Shown here: piece after piece, positions 61,200 through 64,000 of the stretch
Numbering within the stretch: position 1 is the first letter of the stretch
Layout: every line of letters begins with the position of its first letter
Origin: Tubiluchus corallicola
Taxonomy: Eukaryota > Animalia > Priapulida
Reading direction: 5' to 3'
Assembly (NCBI GenBank): GCA_030141605.1
Contig: JAQGDQ010000058.1
Span: 591,852 to 655,851, forward strand
Length of the DNA stretch: 64,000 nt
Program-made: the position numbers and the translations under genes
Notes under the pieces: generated by a model
Told to the model about the DNA's origin: nothing
Databases searched by the model: none
Seen by the model: the letters and a program-made list of their open reading frames with translations, nothing else

Positions 61200-64000
61200 T
61201 TAAATTTTAGATGAAATTGGTTTCTTTTTCAGGGTACCAGCTTTATCTGCTCTGAACAAAGCAGTAAATTCCCCAAGCGGGTTCAACAAAAGCTTCTTAG
61301 GGGGTCCTTTTTCTACAATTTTGCCATTGTCTAACACAATCACAGTGTCAGCACTCATGATTGTTGCAATTCTGTGTGCTATTATTAGGACGGTTGAATC
61401 TGCAAACTCTTCCTTAATAATTTGCTGAACTTTTGCATCAGTTTCCGAATCCAATGATGCTGTAGCTTCGTCCATAACTAATACTTTAGATTTTTTTAAC
61501 AGAACTCTACCCAAACAAAACAACTGCTTTTCACCAACACTGAAATTTTCTCCACCTTCTGTAACTATTGCATCAAGCCCTCCTAAGGCTACAACAGCCT
61601 CTTTCAGCTGGACAGTATCTAAAGCTTTCCATATTATTTCATCGGAGAACTTTTCTTCAGGATCCACATTGAATCGAACAGTTCCAGCAAACAGTACTGG
61701 TTCTTGGGGTATTATAGATAACCTTGATCGCAAAACTGTCAGATGCACATGAGCTAAATCGTGATCATCAACAAAAATTTTCCCTTCAAACATATCAATT
61801 ATGCGGAATAATCCCAAGACTAATGAAGACTTACCGCTCCCGGTACGACCACATACGCCAACAGTTTCACCTGGCTTGATTGTTATGGAGATATTTTGCA
61901 CAACAGGATCCAGACTGGCATCATACCTTAAAGAGATATCTTTAAAAATGATTTCTCCATGTTCTGGCCAATCATCTGCTGGTGTTACATTACCCGTCTT
62001 ACTCACGTACTCCTCTACATCAATATCGCTATAGTATTTAATCCTTTCAACAGAACTCATTTGCATCTCAACATCTGCGATCATTCGAATGACCCAGTTT
62101 AACATACCAGCAAGCATCAAAGCATAAGCAATAGCAAGACCAACCAGGCCAGGGTCTGCATTTAGAGACAGTGCAGCAGTCAAGCTGCATATAGTCGACA
62201 GTAAAACAATAACTGTTCCTAAATAATCTAGGCGGACACCCAGCCATCTCTGGGCACAGTTAACAAACATAAATGCTGTATTGTTTTGGTCAATGACTTT
62301 CAAAATCTGCTTTTTGAAACGAAATTGCTCCCCAAATGAACGAATAGTTGTCAAGCCATTTAATGTCTCAGATGTATGAATAAAAATTGGTGATTTACTA
62401 ATACTGTCCAGTCTCTGCAATTCTCTAGAAGATGCACGGAAGAATTTCTGGACGAAATAGTAAATAATGATAATAGGAATAGCAGGTAATATAAACCATG
62501 GAGTAGCTATGCAGTTTACAATGATAGCTGCTGCAACAGAAAGGAATGTTTTAGCTGCCTGCTGAATTGTTATGGCTAGTCTCTGATCAACCATATTTGT
62601 ATCTGAAGAAAATCTGTTTAATATACGCCCTAGAGGCGTGGTATCAAAAAACCTCATTGGAGCCAAAATAATAGTATCCAGCATTTTTTGATGAATTTGC
62701 TTAGATGCCTTTAATGCTGCAAATTCTGCAATAAGTGCACATATTAAAGCCATGACAATCCCCGCAATGGACAATGCTATGTACCCACAGATATAGTAAT
62801 CAACGTCACTTTCAACTACTGTTGCATTATCTGTTAAACCTTCTTTTAAGGCAGTATCTGCAGAAGACCATGAAGCTAAAAACAAATGGGTTCCTACTTC
62901 GATGCACTGTCGAATTATATTCAACAGTAAAGCGATTACGGCTACTGCAATGCCCCATGCAGCGAAATATATGCCATACACTGATAAAGAAACTGTGCCT
63001 GACTTTTTCTCTTCAGCAGCTACGAGTTTCCCTCGTGAAGTATCAGCTTCAGTTGTGTCAAGAACTTTTTCCTCTGCTTCAGCAATGCCCTCTTTACCAA
63101 TTACAGTGACTGCATCTTTAAAATGAACTTTTCGTCTCATTACGTCTTCCTCGAAAATTTCTGTGTCTGGGATGTCTTCAGCATCATCGCAAGTTAAAGG
63201 TGGCACTGTAGGATCACGAGACACTTGTCTATGTAAACACATACGACTTGGTCGTTTGGAATAAGGACCCTCTTCTCCACAACTCGATTCAACAGAATAG
63301 ATTCTTTGAAGCTTTTTGATATGAGCCTTTTTTGACCAGTGTTCAGGCATCTGGCTCTTTGCCCTCAAAAAACTGACTGCCCGTTGAACGTTACACTCTT
63401 TTTCGTCTATATTTCTCAAACCACAAACAGTTTTGCACCATGACTCTACCAAACGCTCATCCTTTCCTGCAATTTCCTCCAAAGTTCCCTGCTGGGTAAT
63501 AGTGCCATCACTCATTGCTATAATTTGATCTGCCTCCTTCAAGTACTGAATTTGATGGGTAACTAATACCACTGTTTTACATTTTTTAACTAGCAATTTC
63601 ATTATTCCTTCTTGAAATAAGTGTTTAGAAACATGAGCATCCAAAGCTGATAATGGATCATCTAAAATCACCACCGAAGCCTTTGAATAGATAGCACGTG
63701 CAACACTAATCCGTTGCTTCTGACCACCACTAAGATTAATCCCCTTCTCTCCAATTTCAGTTTGATCACCAGCAGGTAAAAGGTTAATGTCGGTTTCCAA
63801 TGCACAAGCATCAACTACAGTCTTATACCATCTGTGGTCAAAAGAATGCCCAAACAAAATATTTTCTTTTAATGTTGCATTCAACAGCCATGGTCTCTGT
63901 GCGGCATATGCAACGCGTGGTTCCCTGCACCAGTCTACACTGCCACAAAGACACTCCATCTCACCAAGCAGAGCACTTAACAGAGATGTTTTCCCACATG
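61200..64000 (-). CDS. ABCC-subfamily transporter, sulfonylurea receptor (SUR/ABCC8-ABCC9)-like; 5'-truncated by the window edge, uninterrupted over 2.8 kb
   Basis: The frame is open to the window end (CGKTSLLSALLGEM, Walker A of NBD1). NBD1: VAYAAQRPWLLNAT, LSGGQKQR, ILDDPLSALD. TMD2: FFDTTPLGRILNRFSSD, SSRELQRLDSISKSP. NBD2: RYDASLDPV, GRTGSGKSS, GLDAIVTEGGENFSVG, MDEATAS, IAHR. The AAQ.PWLLNAT, RYD.SL.PV and V.EGGENFS motifs are SUR-type. Confidence 0.93.
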   Translation of the reverse strand, partial: CGKTSLLSALLGEMECLCGSVDWCREPRVAYAAQRPWLLNATLKENILFGHSFDHRWYKTVVDACALETDINLLPAGDQTEIGEKGINLSGGQKQRISVARAIYSKASVVILDDPLSALDAHVSKHLFQEGIMKLLVKKCKTVVLVTHQIQYLKEADQIIAMSDGTITQQGTLEEIAGKDERLVESWCKTVCGLRNIDEKECNVQRAVSFLRAKSQMPEHWSKKAHIKKLQRIYSVESSCGEEGPYSKRPSRMCLHRQVSRDPTVPPLTCDDAEDIPDTEIFEEDVMRRKVHFKDAVTVIGKEGIAEAEEKVLDTTEADTSRGKLVAAEEKKSGTVSLSVYGIYFAAWGIAVAVIALLLNIIRQCIEVGTHLFLASWSSADTALKEGLTDNATVVESDVDYYICGYIALSIAGIVMALICALIAEFAALKASKQIHQKMLDTIILAPMRFFDTTPLGRILNRFSSDTNMVDQRLAITIQQAAKTFLSVAAAIIVNCIATPWFILPAIPIIIIYYFVQKFFRASSRELQRLDSISKSPIFIHTSETLNGLTTIRSFGEQFRFKKQILKVIDQNNTAFMFVNCAQRWLGVRLDYLGTVIVLLSTICSLTAALSLNADPGLVGLAIAYALMLAGMLNWVIRMIADVEMQMSSVERIKYYSDIDVEEYVSKTGNVTPADDWPEHGEIIFKDISLRYDASLDPVVQNISITIKPGETVGVCGRTGSGKSSLVLGLFRIIDMFEGKIFVDDHDLAHVHLTVLRSRLSIIPQEPVLFAGTVRFNVDPEEKFSDEIIWKALDTVQLKEAVVALGGLDAIVTEGGENFSVGEKQLFCLGRVLLKKSKVLVMDEATASLDSETDAKVQQIIKEEFADSTVLIIAHRIATIMSADTVIVLDNGKIVEKGPPKKLLLNPLGEFTALFRADKAGTLKKKPISSKI

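Noticed and set aside
61801-63126. Plus-strand ORFs overlapping the ABCC gene
   Set aside because: They are antisense shadows of the real minus-strand CDS with no independent coding signal.

Overview
This is eukaryotic (animal) genomic DNA, AT-rich with GT-AG spliced genes. It is most likely an invertebrate bilaterian; the taxon cannot be fixed from the sequence. I can support four protein-coding genes. (1) The 3' part of an intronless cytochrome b5-fusion desaturase (1-1125, +). Its motifs look like fungal/plant/protist sphingolipid Delta8-type enzymes, and its third His box is HLEHH rather than QxxHH. (2) A 6-exon, signal-peptide-bearing, probably GPI-anchored serine beta-lactamase/PBP-fold protein (2829-10340, +; 606 aa by my splicing). 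(3) An NCAM/Fasciclin-2-like adhesion molecule reduced to 3 Ig + 1 FN3 + GPI signal. Nine exons lie at 14598-22857 (-), and the best signal-peptide exon lies at 57399-57456, which implies a ~34.5 kb first intron. (4) The 3' 2.8 kb of an uninterrupted SUR/ABCC8-9-like ABC transporter (61200-64000, -). Introns carry a pogo/Tigger-type MITE, PIF/Harbinger derivatives, a solo LTR with a 4-bp TSD, a 5S-like relic, a templated-insertion tandem duplication, and many micro- and minisatellites. I found no CRISPR array or prokaryotic system. Gene models were assembled by eye from splice signals and phase consistency, and family assignments come from remembered motifs, not database searches.
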